NCBI GenBank assembly: GCA_013239625.1
Contig: MU053216.1
Span: forward strand, 2,446,943-2,510,942
From: Lama guanicoe
Taxonomy: Eukaryota
Length of the DNA stretch: 64,000 nucleotides
Direction: 5' to 3'
Made by a program: the position numbers and the translations under genes. Positions 13,266 to 26,859 of this stretch are shown piece after piece. The notes beneath the pieces are model-generated. The model was given only the letters and a program-made list of their open reading frames with translations, made no database searches and had not been told where the DNA came from. Position 1 is the stretch's first letter. Each line of letters opens with the position of its first letter.

Positions 13266-13536
13266 GGGCGGCCGGGTTACCGTAAGCACAGACAGTGCGG
13301 GAGGTGCCCACCCGTGCCCGTCCCCAACTCCGCCTGCCCGCCTGCCTCTGCCCCAGCTTCCACCCGAAAGTTAGGAGCTTCTGTCACCACTGCTTTGGTT
13401 TACTTAGAAGCCAGCCAGACAAAAAATTACAGTGTGTCAGCAGAGGTAGGTGGCACTAGTATAGCTCTCCCAAGCCCATCCACCTTTCCAGCCGCGCCTG
13501 AGGGAGTGTTCGAGTGACTCCCAGGGCGGTGCAGTT

Positions 13537-13547
13537 CACATGCACGT

Positions 13548-13581
<34 letters not shown>

Positions 13582-13585
13582 ATAC
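13537..13585. repeat. 49-bp alternating purine/pyrimidine tract, (CG)n joined to (CA)n
   Basis: cacatgcacgtgcgtgcgcgcgcg-(ca)n-tac, directly visible. Confidence 0.95.
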
Positions 13586-14533
13586 TCCTTGCCTTCCTGG
13601 CCGTGTCAGGCAGATGGTAGCTCGCATTCCTTTCACTGACTGGTACGGAAGATTTTATTTTGCTAGAAGGAGTCTTTAATTATACTTCCTAAAGGAAATG
13701 TGACACATTTCCCAGCAAACACAAAGGCAGGTAGAGCAAAGCCCTTACATGTGGCTGTCAGGTCGCTGAGAAGGGGTGCAGTGCTGAGGCCGCGCTCCTG
13801 GGGGCCGGAGAAGAGTAGAGGAAAGAGACTTTGAAAGAAGGCAGATTAGACCCCCTGGGGGTGGAAGCGGCCAGGAGTGTGGAAAGCCAGGGAGAGGTTT
13901 CTCAAGGAGAGGAGACCGTGGAGGCTTCAGGCCGGTCTTAAGATGTGTTTCCAGATAACTGAACAGCTTCCTTAATTGGTGATTGAGGAGAACACTGTCA
14001 GAAGTGGGAAAATAAACTTTATCATCTTTCTGCGGAATTCAACTTCCACTTTTTTTTAAAAAAACAAAAATATACATTGGAACTACTAGTTTCACGAATG
14101 CAAGCGATTCAGTGGTTCCTCATTAATAATGAGCCACTATGGAGATTTGCAGAGTGTCCTCTGTGTTGACAAAAGCCACTTGGGAACAAAGAGGATGCAA
14201 CGTGGACGTGTGGGCCAAGGACTGGGTGGGGGCCAGGATCCCTGCTGTGTCCACCAGCTCCAAAATTCTGAGTCTAGATCTATAAGCTGTTAAGATTTCC
14301 CTTATCACAGTGTGTATCATGAGATAGCGAGGTCCAGACCAATACTCCAGGGATTTATTTGAGGCAGAATTATATTCTATGAACTCCCAGTCTCCTGTGT
14401 ACTCCTTTTATGTGAGAAATCAGTTAAAGCAAGTAGCAGAGTAGTTTTGAGTGGAAATGTCACAGAGAGTCATCTTTTGCTGAAAAGATACCTGGGCATA
14501 TGAGCTGACTTGATATACATGTTAACTTGAGGC

Positions 14534-15231
14534 TGTTGCCAGTGATTCGGTTCCTGTTTCATCCCAGAAAGAATTCAGAGACGAGACACAGAGGTCAAGG
14601 AAGCCAAGTGAGGGCTTATTAAGGGATGGATAGGAAACAGAAAGAATTCAGAGACGAGACACAGAGGTCAAGGTCAGAGACGAGACACAGAGGTCAAGGA
14701 AGCCAAGTGAGGGCTTATTAAGGGATGGATAGGACACTCACATGGGGAGAGCAGACAGGCTCGGATGAGCGGCTGCCCTGAGTTACTTTGGCAAGTTGGT
14801 GACACAGAGTAAAAATGAGTGGGCGGAATACTCACTGGGGAGGGAGGGGTCTGGGGTCTCAGTCCCTGATTTCCATCTCATCTCCCCCTTCCTGAGGAGA
14901 GGAGAGATTTTTGTCCTTATTTAGTCTGGATGGGAAGTGTCAGGGCGTCAGTGCATGAGGGGTACTCCTAACCTGCAAGGCTAATTTTATTGTAATGGGG
15001 GCATAATGAGCAAAAGGTTACATTTGGACACTGGAGATTCCTGCCTTTCCCACTTTGTCGGCCTCCAGGACACTTGGTCACCCTGAAATGCGGGATCTAT
15101 TCTCAGTCCTGAGGTTCCTGCTTTTCTCTGTCTGCCCAGGGACCCCCGTTGTTCACAAGACGCACGGTTTCCTGCATTTGGCCCATGTCCCGCTGTCTCT
15201 GCTCAGATCTAGTTACCTGCCTGCTCTGACA
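14534..15231 (-). mobile_element. Solo ERV LTR (probably ERV1 class, lineage-specific) with internal tandem duplications
   Basis: TG...CA termini (tgttgcc...ctgaca); on the minus strand an AATAAG poly(A)-like site then 'gtctctgaattctttct...gaacc' U5-like end; flanks look like an interrupted MIR; no exact TSD seen. Confidence 0.65.
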
Positions 15232-18200
15232 GTTCCCGCTGTAAATGGAGTGACATCATCTCATTTCCCTCCATAAGTTACCTATCACCTGAGTCCCCGC
15301 TCAGTTTCATGGAGTTTCACATTATTATAATTTTTCTCATTGCAGAGGTGACTTTGCACAGAGTAATAGAAAACTGAAGAACTACACCGGGAAAAGTAGC
15401 TAACAGGCTGGAAAGGAGCGCTCAGGCCTGGAGGAGAAGCAGGAGAAAAAGCCTCTCTTCCGCGTGAGCGGACGGGCAGGATGCGGGGCTCACGCGGGAT
15501 GGGGCGCCCTGTCCGTTTGGTCTTTGCTGTGTCTCTGGCGCCCAGGGCAGGGCCCACACACGTGGATCCGTGGTAAATATTTACCAAGTGAATCATGGAC
15601 TCCAAACTCAGTAATTCTTGTTTAGTTAGTATGAATGAAATAAATATGTAGGTTTCATACGCCCTCCGCTGAAGTTCGCCAGTGCTGTGGGATTACATTG
15701 TTTTGTTGCAACAGTTACTCTCCGTGGATACCACTTGCCAGGAAATACAAAGAACAGATACGTGACAGCAGATAAACAGTCTAGCGCTTAGCCTCCAGGT
15801 GGGGAACTGAAATATCCCAGGGTAAAATATTCTTGTCAACAAACTCCCTGAGTGTGAGACGGTCCTACTTAGTCTATCTAGTTAGAAATACACATTTAAG
15901 ACGTAACTAAAATATCAGAATTCTTTGATCAACAACAACAAAAAGACACGCACATTTCATTTGTAGTAGAGTGGAAAACACAGAAACATTCAATAAAATG
16001 GTTTGTTTCTCCTTATTTCAAAGACATGTTAACTGTGGTGTTAATGGCTAGCTTAAAAGTGTAAGAAAAACCCACAGTGCCATAAGAAGTAATGAAAAAC
16101 TGGACCTGGAGAAACACGAAGCCCAGCACACTGCTCACTGAGTTGGCAATCGGTTAAGAGAATTTTTCCAGCAAAAGAAGTCTGTCTATAGCAAGGTGAC
16201 AGCTCCTACAAATAGCCCCGATTACAGGGCTTCAAAAATCGGTTTCATGTGATTTTTTACATGAAGCTTTTAATTAAATATATTCGGAGAACTTAGAGAG
16301 CTCCTGAGCCAGAAACCAAAGTCAGAAAATATGTCTGTTTTTTCCAATGACTTTGAAAGAATTAGTTACGGGAGGCCGTTTAGGGTAAGGAGGCTTATTT
16401 ATTTATTTATTTTTTCAAGGAAATGGTTTGCTCTATATAAGAACTGCCACTAAACCAAAATGAAAGGCTTATTCATCATGGCCAGAAATACTGATTATAT
16501 CTCAGACAAAATGACACAGACCGGGTCTTTTTACCCATACCAGGACAAGCTGGTCTTTTTTTATGTGATGGCTTTAGCCAATAATCATACGTCCTCACTG
16601 TAAGCTGCCCTGTACCAGGGCAGAGCACTTCAGAGCGATTCCCAGGCACCACCGAGGTGATTATTACCTGCTCCAAATACAAGAAGACAGAGAGGTAGGC
16701 GACTTGTGTGATTTGTCGTAAACCCCACGGCCCAGACAGGGCAGAAATAGTAATTTTCTAAGAGATATAGGTTAACCAGTGAGCAGTATTTCCAGAGATC
16801 AATCCAAATTCTATGATAGAGCAAATAGCTTATAGTATAAAAAATCATTGTTTACTTACTTATTTAACAAGCATGTTGGGAGTGTCTGCCATGTCCTGAG
16901 AAGACAAGTAGCAACGTATGTCCTACAGGAAAGATTTTTTCTGAATGGGATTCCACAGCCAAGGAACCGAAATCCAGCCTCATGTGCTACCTAGCATGCT
17001 AGGTACAAAGTAATGTAAGTTGGCACACTGGGGATTCTAAGTCCTGTGGGAAATAAACCTGTTTAATTTTGCCTAATGGAGTATTTTTCAAATGTACTTT
17101 GACCTTCTTTCATATATGATCTAATGATGCCCTGAAAAACACTCTGATCAGTACTGGGCTCGATTTGGAGGATTCTATGGTGAATAACAGAATACCCTCG
17201 CCCTCCACACTGTCTGGCGAGAAGGTCAGGAAAATATATAAATCGTGACCGTGAAGAGAGCTGCGGTCAGTAATGCACAAAGAACTCAGTGCCTAACGCT
17301 GCGTAAGCTTCAGGGGAAGTGTCATCCTGGTGGGAGAATTTGATCTGGGCCTGGAAGGGTGACGAGCGGTTGTCAGGGATGCTCGAGAGGGGAGAGCATG
17401 TCAGGAAGAGCCCAGAGAGTGGGCTTGTCTCATGGGGCCGTGAACTGACGTAAGGTGCCCACCATACCCGCGCCGAGGGGCTGGGTGGGTCTGGAGGGAG
17501 GAGGGAGGAGAACCAGACTCTATAGGTGCCTTCGGGTGACCTTTCTGAAGTGCCTTGAACACCACACGCCAAGGAGTTGGGACTTTCTCACATGGGTAAC
17601 ACGGGGTCTCGGCAGACCCTTTGACCGAATGAATAAACTTTCCTGGATGTTGATAAGACTCAAGTTACCATGGCTGCTCCGTGGCCTCCTTCACATGTAA
17701 CTTCCTTTGACCTTGCCAAACAGCCTTCTCACCAGTATCCTGGCTCCTCTGAGGGGCTCCTTCAGGGGAAGCACCTGGAGGTGACGGCAGCGTTCCAGGG
17801 CGGCCCCCCGGTCACGCGGCTTTGCTAGGACCGAAGGTTCTCTGACATGTTACACTATTTAGCTTTAACCATAGGCTGGCTCTTGGTCAAATTCTTTTTG
17901 AAAAAATATTCTAAAGATGGATGGAATGGTATCAACTTAGACTCTAGAAGTTTTCTAGAAGTAAGGGATGTGTAAGTTTTCTCCAAATGTTAAGTGTTCT
18001 TGTGTATAACTGTTCGTGGGTTCAGATAAAACAGTAATGCCAACCCCTTTTTCTGAATGCAAAGTAGATGTCTTTTGCTGCCTGAAACCTGGCACTTCTG
18101 AAACTCACTCAGTTTATAAATATGTACGCACTCCAGGAGCAGGGGCCTGTGTTTGTCTGTGTCCTAGAAGTGTGCTGGCCACCGAGCAGACTGCTTCGGC

Positions 18201-19118
18201 TGTGACCCGGCTGTGGACGGGCCGCCCTCTGAGTGGGAGGCAGAAAGGCTTCAGTCACGGAGATGCTCACCAGCACTTGTGTCTGCAGTTCTTGGCAGTT
18301 CTGCAGAGTGTATATGTGTTCATATATTTGAAGCTAACTTAAATAACACTGTTCTTTTAATTAAAAATCAAACTTGTGTTTGAGGTTAAATTAGAGGGCT
18401 TTCTTTCCTGGCTTTGTTGAAAATACCAGGCCACAAATGCTCCCTCCACACACCCCACCTACTTCTGCCAGTAACTCTTAATTATTAATGCACGTTGTTG
18501 GTCCCCCACCTTCAGAAAAATTAAGTGCTTCTTGTGTAAGCAATTTCAAAGAGATCCAAAAGGATTTAATTATGCTGAAAATTTAAGTCTGCTGTATTTT
18601 CAGAGTGTCCTATGTACTTGGCAGACGGTTAGCTATCATTGCCGAAATAAATCAAATCTTCAATATAATCCCTTTTCACTTTATTCTAATTTCTATAACA
18701 AAATGAAATGTATGTATCTGGGGAATTACGAATGTGACCTTTTGAACAGCACTATGTTACACCTAATTCTATAGTTATATTTTGGAATTTGTGATTATTG
18801 ATTTTTTAAAATATTTTTAATAACATTAATATCCTCTATATGCTTACCACTCAGTAAAGCACTGGCCAAATTAATCAGGTAGAGATCCTTGGCCTATTGT
18901 GCACATTCCCTGAGTAATAAAGGGATTTGGGAGAAATTAAGCCTCTGTATTATGTTTCCTACACTTTGATAAGTGATCAAGGAGAGTTTTGCCCTAATTT
19001 CTACACTATTTTTGCTTATGTTCTTATTGTAGGCAGAACTCTGGTGTTGAAGAATAGCAGCGTATACTCTAGGAGATTGGGAACTCTGAATTCAGAGGGT
19101 TTTCTAATCCAGGAATGA

Positions 19119-19119
<1 letters not shown>

Positions 19120-19154
<35 letters not shown>

Positions 19155-19186
19155 AGAAAGAGGTGAGTGGATGGATGGATGGATGG
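19120..19186. repeat. (CA)n microsatellite followed by (TGGA)n
   Basis: Directly visible. Confidence 0.95.
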
Positions 19187-19509
19187 GTAGGTAGATACCA
19201 AAATCTTAAGACTCATTTATCTCCAGTAGGACTTGAGATACAAGAAATGGAAATGAGAAGTAAATAGCTTATCACTGAGATAGGTATAAAAGAAAACCAA
19301 ATTGATACTATACAAAGTAGCCTATCTTTAAAAAGAAAGTTAAAAATTGATTAGCCATGAATTGTGATAATTTCCAAGAGTTTTGTAAAGGATAGGCTAA
19401 TTGACTATGGATGTTATCAAGTAAAAGAAAAAAATAATATTGAGATGTGTGGTACCTAATTGTATTGTTAAAATTAGATACAAAATGGAGATCAGACTTA
19501 AGAATTTCC

Positions 19510-19890
19510 TGAGCAGACAGAACCATTTAAGTAAGCCACATAAGAAAAACTAAATCTAGCTTATTTTATAAACTTAAGAAAAATTTAGCTGAGAATATTT
19601 TTGTAAATGTCTCTGATAATCATAAAAGAAACTTGAGTCATTTTTCTAAAATAGTGTAAGATAATCACTTTTAACCAATCCCCTGCCATCTGGAAACCCA
19701 ATTATAATAACCAATCATTGTAAAGGTTAAACAACTTCCTCATTTTCACATTATAAGCCATCCTGTAAGTCATGCCTCTGAGCTTCTTATCAGTTTTGAG
19801 TTTAAAAGCTCCCAGTTTGTGACCTTATATGCACAATAAACTCTTACTAAATAGTACCTTACTGGTCTGGTTTTATTTTTTTACTGTTTC
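19510..19890 (+). mobile_element. Old ERV LTR fragment (subfamily undetermined)
   Basis: Two 'aaccaatc' boxes, TATA-like 'ttataag' and 'gcacaataaactctt' poly(A) context, in LTR order. Confidence 0.5.
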
Positions 19891-20369
19891 TGGGCTTTTG
19901 ACAGTATTGCTATGTGTTTCCAGGCTCTTAAAAAATCTGTTTCTTAATGGATTTCCTCTATATTGGCTGCTTTTAAAATCTATGACAATAGTGATAAAAA
20001 AGAATAGTAAATAGCATTTTCAAATATACAATGTGTCTGACATGAAATTTTTATGTATTATTTTAATAAAACTATAAAGGTACCCTGAAGATTATGGGTA
20101 AATAGTAAACTATAAAATACAATTTTGAGTTTCATTTCTTGAATTTTTGGAATAGACTTATGTTTTTTAGCAAAATATAAATTCTTAACTTATTTTTGTT
20201 TCTTTCCTAACACTGTACATGTTTTTAGTGCTCGTGTTTCAGCTGTACTGGTCTGCCATTATCTTCAAAAAAGATAATGGTAAAACAAGATTTCCTGAAG
20301 TGAAGTCTACTTTCCACACCTGTCCCCCTGAGTGATTATTCTGCAACAACACAGCAGGTACAGAAGGAA

Positions 20370-20580
20370 AGGGCTCTCCGGGCCAACAAGCTGGGTTTTC
20401 GTACTTTGTCCTTCACATACAAGGTGATCCTTGAAAGTATGATCCTGGATAATATATTTTTCTAAAACTCCGTCTCCTCATCCATAAAACAAGTATTACA
20501 AGCTATTTTTATAATGTTTTGTGGAAATTAATGAACATGATGCCTGTTTTGCTTGGATTGGAGTCAGTGCTCGGCAAACT
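20370..20580 (+). mobile_element. MIR SINE
   Basis: 'ctccgtctcctcatccataaaacaagtattaca...ttttgtggaaattaatgaacatgatgc'. Confidence 0.55.
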
Positions 20581-21119
20581 GCAGCTGACGTCCTTAGCGA
20601 TGGTCTGATGGAGGGGGTCACTCATCAGAGTCAGGCTGCAGTCAAAGTCGCTACACAGTGTACTTCTCTTTCTCTAATTTGTGTTTCTTGATCCATTTTT
20701 AGTTTTTGCCTATTCATTCTTTTAATTATAAAATAACAAAGAAATGCATTTTCATAAAGAATTTAAGGAGTATTCAATTTGGGAAAAATCTCGGAAAGCA
20801 TCTATTATCTCACACTTACTCTGTCATGCTGGTCCATTGCACTCCACAAACTTGATAGTTGGGTGTGTATTTTTACAGACTTTTTTCTTATTAATTTATA
20901 TATGTTATATATGTGTGAATATATATTACATATATATATATATATATATGAAGTTTACATTTGCACACACAGATACACATCTTCAAATTTGGTGTTTAGC
21001 CATAAATAAAATTGTATTATGCAGATTTTCTGTGACTTGCTTTTTCTTAACTATATTAAAGACTCTATGTTAGGCCATATACCCCTACCTACTTACGCTT
21101 ATTAATCTTTGCTGTGTTA

Positions 21120-24100
21120 AAAATTCAATTTACTTAAAGAAAAAAACAGTTCCCCCACTTTTCCCTCTCCCCACCCTTCCCACTATATCTGGAACCACCA
21201 ATCTGTCCTCTGTATAGATGAGCTTTGTTTATAAAATTATGTACTTATTGTTAGATTCCACCTGTAAGAGAGATCATTGGGTGTTTGTCATCCTCTGTTT
21301 ATTTTACTTAGCCTAATATCCTCAGGGTCCGTCCATGTTGTCACAAATGGCAAGATTTCATTTGTTTACATGGCTGAGTAATATTCCATTGGGAATATAT
21401 AAACCACAATTCCTTTACCCATTTCTCCATCAGTGACACTTCATGTTGTTTCCTTATGTTGACTGTTGTAAGTAGCATTGCAGTGAACATGGGTGCATAT
21501 ATCTTTTTGAGTTATTGTTTCTTCAGATAAATACCCAGATGCATAATTGCTGGATCATTTAATAGTTCCATTTTTAATTTTTTAAATAACCTCTTTACTG
21601 TTTGCTTTAGTAGCTATGCTAATTTATATTCCCACCAACAGTGCATGAGGGTTCTCTTTTCTCCACATCCTCACCAACATTTGTTGTTTTCAGTCTTTTT
21701 TCCTTTTTGATACCAGCCATTCTAACAAGTTTGACGTGATATCTCATTGTGGCTTTGATTTGCACTTCCCTGATGGCCAGTGATGCAGGGCATCTGTATG
21801 TCTTCTGTGGAAAGTGTCTATGCAGATCTTCTGCCCATTGTTTGGGTTTTTTTGCTATTGAATTGTATGAGTTCTTTACATATTTTGGATATTAGTCCTT
21901 TATCAGATATATGATTTGAAAATATTTTCTTTCATTTAGTAGGTTGGCTTTTCACTTTGTTGATGGTTTTCTTTGCTGTACAGAAGTTTTTTTAGTTTGA
22001 TGTAGTCTCATTTGTTTAGTTTTGCTTTTGTTTTTGGTGTCAGACTCAAAAGATCATCATCAAGATCTGTGTCAAAGAGATTACCACCTATATTTTCTTC
22101 TAGGAGTTTCATAGTTTCAGGTCTTAAGTTCAAGTCTTCAATCCATTTTGAGTTAACTTTTTGCATGGCATAAGATAATGGTCTAGTTTCACTCTGTTGC
22201 ATGTGGCCGTGCAACTTTCCCAACACCATTTTTTGAAGAGACTACCCTTTCCCTATTGTGCATCCTTGACTCCTCTGTCACAGATTAGCTGACCATATGT
22301 GTGTGGGTTTATTTATGTGCCCTTTATTCTGTTCCATTGACCTATGGGTCTGTTTTTATGCCAGTACCATGCTGTTTTAATTACTATAGCTTTGTAATAC
22401 AATTTGAAATTGGGGGTGTGGTGCCTCCAGCTTTGCTTTTTTTTTCTTAAGATTGTTTTGGCTATTTGTGATCTTTTATAGTTCCATACAAGTTCTAGGA
22501 TTCTTTGTTCTATTTCTGTGAAAAATGCCATTGGAATGTTGATAACAATTGCATTAAATCTATAGATTGTAGACTTGGGTAGCATGGACATTTTGACAAT
22601 ATTAATTCTTACAACTCATAAATATGGAATATCTGTCCATTTATTTGCAGATTTTTCAGTTTCTTTCATTAGTTTCTTTCAGTTTAAACATACAGGTCTT
22701 TCACTTCCTTGATTAAATTTATGCCTAGGTATTTTATTCTTTTGATGCAGTTGTGAATGAGATTGTTTTCTTAATTTCTCTTTCTGATACTTCATTATTA
22801 CTGTATAGAAATGCATCAGATTTTTTTTTTGTACTGATTTTGGATTCTGCCACTTCACTGAACTCTGTTAATTCTAAGGGTTTTTTGAGGGAGACTGGGG
22901 TTTTCTACCTACAGTGTCATGTCACCTGTGAATAGTAACAGTGTTACTTCTTCCTTTCCAATTTGGGTGCCTTTTATTTCTTTTTCTCGCCCAGTTGCTG
23001 TCTAGGACTTCAAAACACCATGTTGAATAAAAATGACTGAGTAGGCACCCTTATCTTGTTCCTGATCTTAAAGGAAAGCCTTCATCTTTTCACTGTAGAG
23101 TTTAACACTAGCTGTGTGCCTGTTCTGTGTGGCCTTTGTAATGCTGAGGTATGTTCCCTCTATGCCCCTTGGTTCACAATTTTTACTACAAATGGAAGTT
23201 GGATTTTGTTAGATGCTTTTTCTCCATATATTGAGATGATCATATGGTTTTTATTCTTTACTTGTTCATGTGGTATCACATTGACTGAACTGTGGATGTT
23301 AAACTTTCCTTGCCTCTCTGGAATAAATCCCACGATCATGGCATATGATCCCTTTGATGTGCTGTTGAATTAGTGTGCTGACATTTGTTGAAAATTCTGT
23401 ATCTATGTTTATGACGGATATTAGCCGTGATTTTCTTTTCTTGTGGCATCTCTGGTTTTGGCATCAAGGTAATATTGGCCTTGTAAACTCTGCTTGGAAG
23501 TGTTTCCTTTTCTTCTATTTTTTGAAAGAATTTGAGAAGGAATGGTATTAATTCTTCTTAAAGTGTTTACTGGAGTTCAGCAGTGATGCAGTCTGGTCCT
23601 GGACTTCTGTATGTTGGGAGGTTTTTGACTGCTGATTCAATGCCCTTACTAGTATCAGTTTGTTCAGATTTTCTAATTCATCATGCTTCAGTCTTGGTAG
23701 GTTGTATGTTTCTAGGAATTCATCTATTTCTCCCATGTTGTCCAATTTTTGATATATAGTTGTTCACAGTGGTCTTATGATCCTTTGTATTTCTGTGCTA
23801 TTGGTTGTAACATGTTCTCTTTCATCTGATGTTATTTATTTGTGTCCTCTCTCTTTTTTTCTTGGAGAGTCTAACTAAAGGTCTGTCAATTTTGTTTGTC
23901 TTTTCCAACAACCAACTCTTAGCTTTACTGGTCTTTTCTATTGTCTTTTTAGTTTATATTTCATTTATTTCTGCTCTAGTCTTTGTTATTTCCTCCCTTC
24001 TACTAACTTTGAGCTTTGTTTGTTCTTCTTTTTCTAGTTAGCTATAAAGTTACATTGTCTGCTTGAGACTTTCCTTATTTTTGAGGTAGGCATTTATCAC

Positions 24101-24235
24101 TGTGAACTTCATCTTTAGAACTGCTTTTGCTTCATTCCGTCAATTTTAGTATGTTCTATTTCTGTTTTCATTTGTCTCAAGGTATTTTTTACGTCTCTTT
24201 TGATTTTTCCTTTGACCCATTGGTAGTCAGTAGCT
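21120..24235 (-). mobile_element. LINE-1 (L1MA/MB-age), 3' UTR plus ~2.5 kb of disrupted ORF2
   Basis: ORF2 peptides in the ORF track: KVNSKWIEDLNLRPETMKLLEENIG (22008-22229), IYRFNAI...[25 protein letters not shown] (22313-22591), EIDEFLETYNLPRL (23548-23745); many stops and frameshifts. Confidence 0.95.
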
Positions 24236-24269
24236 TCTCAAACAACATGCTTAAAAGTATAAGCATATT

Positions 24270-24925
24270 AATTTTTAATAATAAATGTTTATTAAAGAAT
24301 AGTTTTAGATTCACAGAAAAATATCAAGCATAGCACAGAAAGTTTCCTTACATGCCTCACTCAGGTTTTCCCATTGTTAAAGTCTTATATTACTATGGTA
24401 CCCTTGTCACAACTGCTGAACCGTATTGATATTACTAAACTCAAGTCCATATTTTATTCAGGTTTCCTTAATTTTTACCAGTGTCCTTTTCTACTTGAGG
24501 ATCCCATCCAGAGATACAGTAGAACATTTAGTCATCTTGTCTCCTTCATGTCCTCTAGATTATGACACTTCCTCAGACTTTTCTTGTTTGTCAGTGACAT
24601 TGACAATTCGAGGAGTACTGGTCAAGTATGTTGTAGAATTGTCCTTAATTGTCTTTTTCTGATTCTTTTCTCAGGGTAACACAGATTATGGGATTCTTTG
24701 GAAGAATACCACAGAAAGACTATCATTCTCATCACATCACGTAAAGGATACATGCTATTAACATGTCCTGACACTAATGTTAGCCTTGGTGACACTGTCA
24801 CGTTTCTCTACTTAAAATTATTCTTTCCTCCTTTACCACATTGTACTTTTTGGGAGAAAGTCACAATGCACAGCCCACACTTAAGGGCTGAGTTTTTATG
24901 CTACATCTTCTCAGGAAGATGTGTT
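24270..24925 (-). mobile_element. L1MC/MD-type 3' end
   Basis: 'agttttagattcacagaaaaat...tattactaaactcaagtccatattttattcaggtttcctta...gaggatcccatccagagatac...tcacaatgcacagcccacacttaagg'. Confidence 0.75.
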
Positions 24926-26500
24926 TAAAAATAACTGTAAGGATTCCATAGTATGAATGAACCATTATGTATTCAACTATTCCCGCATCTAGTTGTTTGG
25001 TTATCTCCAATTTTTCAGTGTTAAAAGCAGTGCTGAACTGACAACTCTGATATTTAGTATCTTTGAATGTGTACATGAGTGTTTCTGTAGGATGACTTTG
25101 TGGCTTCATAAGGGGAGAATTCCTGCGAAAAAGTGATCTGTACATTTCCTGTCTTAACAGTGTCATGTCAAATAACAGGTCCTCAAAAAGAGGTTGTAAT
25201 AGCTTAGGTTCCTTCAAGTGTTCATGAATGTGTTTTGGGTTTTCTCTTTCTGAAAAAGGGATCTTTTTTTCTCTCACCAGACAAAACCAAAAATTCCCTT
25301 TTATTTTATTCTAATTTTTAATTTTAATATTTTCATCTATTTTTGATAAATCAAATACATTTCTGTATTTGATGTGAGAGAGAAACCTAACTTTACTATT
25401 TTACCAAGATAGCCACTATCTCAACACTATTTAATAAATAATATCTTTCCCATTAATTCAAGATGCTACCTTTAGGATACTTGCGCATTTGTACACATTT
25501 ATACAATTGATACATGTCTGTATTCCTTTACCTGTGCCAATACCATGCTGTTTTAATTACTACAGTTTCTGATATATTTTGATAAATATCTGCTAAAACA
25601 AGTTCTCCTTTATTATTTTTAATCATTTTTTAAATTATGTTACTTCTTACAGATGAACTTAGGAATCAGGTTGTGAAGCTGTATAAAGACTTGTAATTTT
25701 TGTTGAGATGTTTTTGGACTCACACATTTATTTGGGAAAAATTAACCATTTAACAATATTGAGTCAATTCAGGAACATAAATAGTTCTTTATTCTGATCT
25801 TCATTTACCTACTTTAATAAAAATTAATAATTTTCTATGCGTATCTCCTGAGCATTTTTGCTAGTTTTAGTCCAATATTTTATATAGTTTTATTGTTCTC
25901 ATCTGGCCAACTTACCGAGCTCTGTTATTAACTCAATTTTTTAAAGTTTATTTTCTTGCAGTTTTTAGGATAATTATATTTCCTGCGAATAATGTCAGTT
26001 TTGCATCATCCTTTCATATAGTCTTTTATTTCTTTTCCTTTACTTATTGAATCTTAGTGCAAAGTTGAACAGTAATGAGGACAGCTTTTGCCTTATTTTA
26101 ACCATCATATTTTAATATTTTAAAGCAGTTTGCAGTAGATTTATTCCAGAAACCCTTTATCAGTCAAAGGAAGTTTTCTTCCAGTCTTTTTTATTACTAA
26201 TTTAGAATCAGGAATGGCTGTTAAATTTATCAGACTTTTGTGGTATGTTTTCCAGTTTTTACTTTTTCAAATATTTTAATCCAGTGATTATTATCTACTA
26301 TTGAAACATCTTTTTATTTTTACGATTAAACCTTACCTGAAGGGGACATATTAGGCTCATGATATACTGTTAAATTCCTTTTAATAATGTTTTATTTAAG
26401 AATTTAGGTTCTATGTAAATAATAATGAATGTATTAACCACAAGCAGTTTTGTTAGCCCTTTAGAAAATTTACAATTTTTATACATTGATATCACTTATA
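24925..26500 (-). mobile_element. Very old L1 (L1ME-type); likely continuation of the fragment at ~20.7-21.1 kb
   Basis: 'gattccatagtatgaatgaaccattat...gttgtttggttatctccaattttt', 'tgtgccaataccatgctgttttaattactacagttt', 'ctttatcagtcaaaggaagttttcttcc'. Confidence 0.65.
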
Positions 26501-26859
26501 CAGATACTACTTATATTTCATATTTTGTAAGACATTTCCTGAGAGGCACCCAGAACTGGTGCTTACTCAGAAGCAAGTCTTTGGCTGTCATTTCAGTTTA
26601 GTTTATGTGTACTAGTCTCTTCATCCATTTTCCTAACAAAATTTTAGGAACATATGAGTTTTCAAAAATTAGCAATTCCTTCCCAGTTTTCAAACTTATT
26701 CATATAATCCCTCTATGTAATATTATTTTAAATGTCTACCAGAATGATAGTTATAGACCCTTTTTTCACTTTCAGTGTTGGATGTGTGTGTGTGTGGTGG
26801 TGTTTTCTTGATTAAACACGTGACATTCGGGTCTATTAAAATACAAGTTTCTCCACCTG

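Noticed and set aside
14565..14734. Repeat-spacer pattern superficially like a CRISPR array
   Set aside because: The spacers are themselves duplicated, the context is a mammalian LTR, and there are no cas genes.
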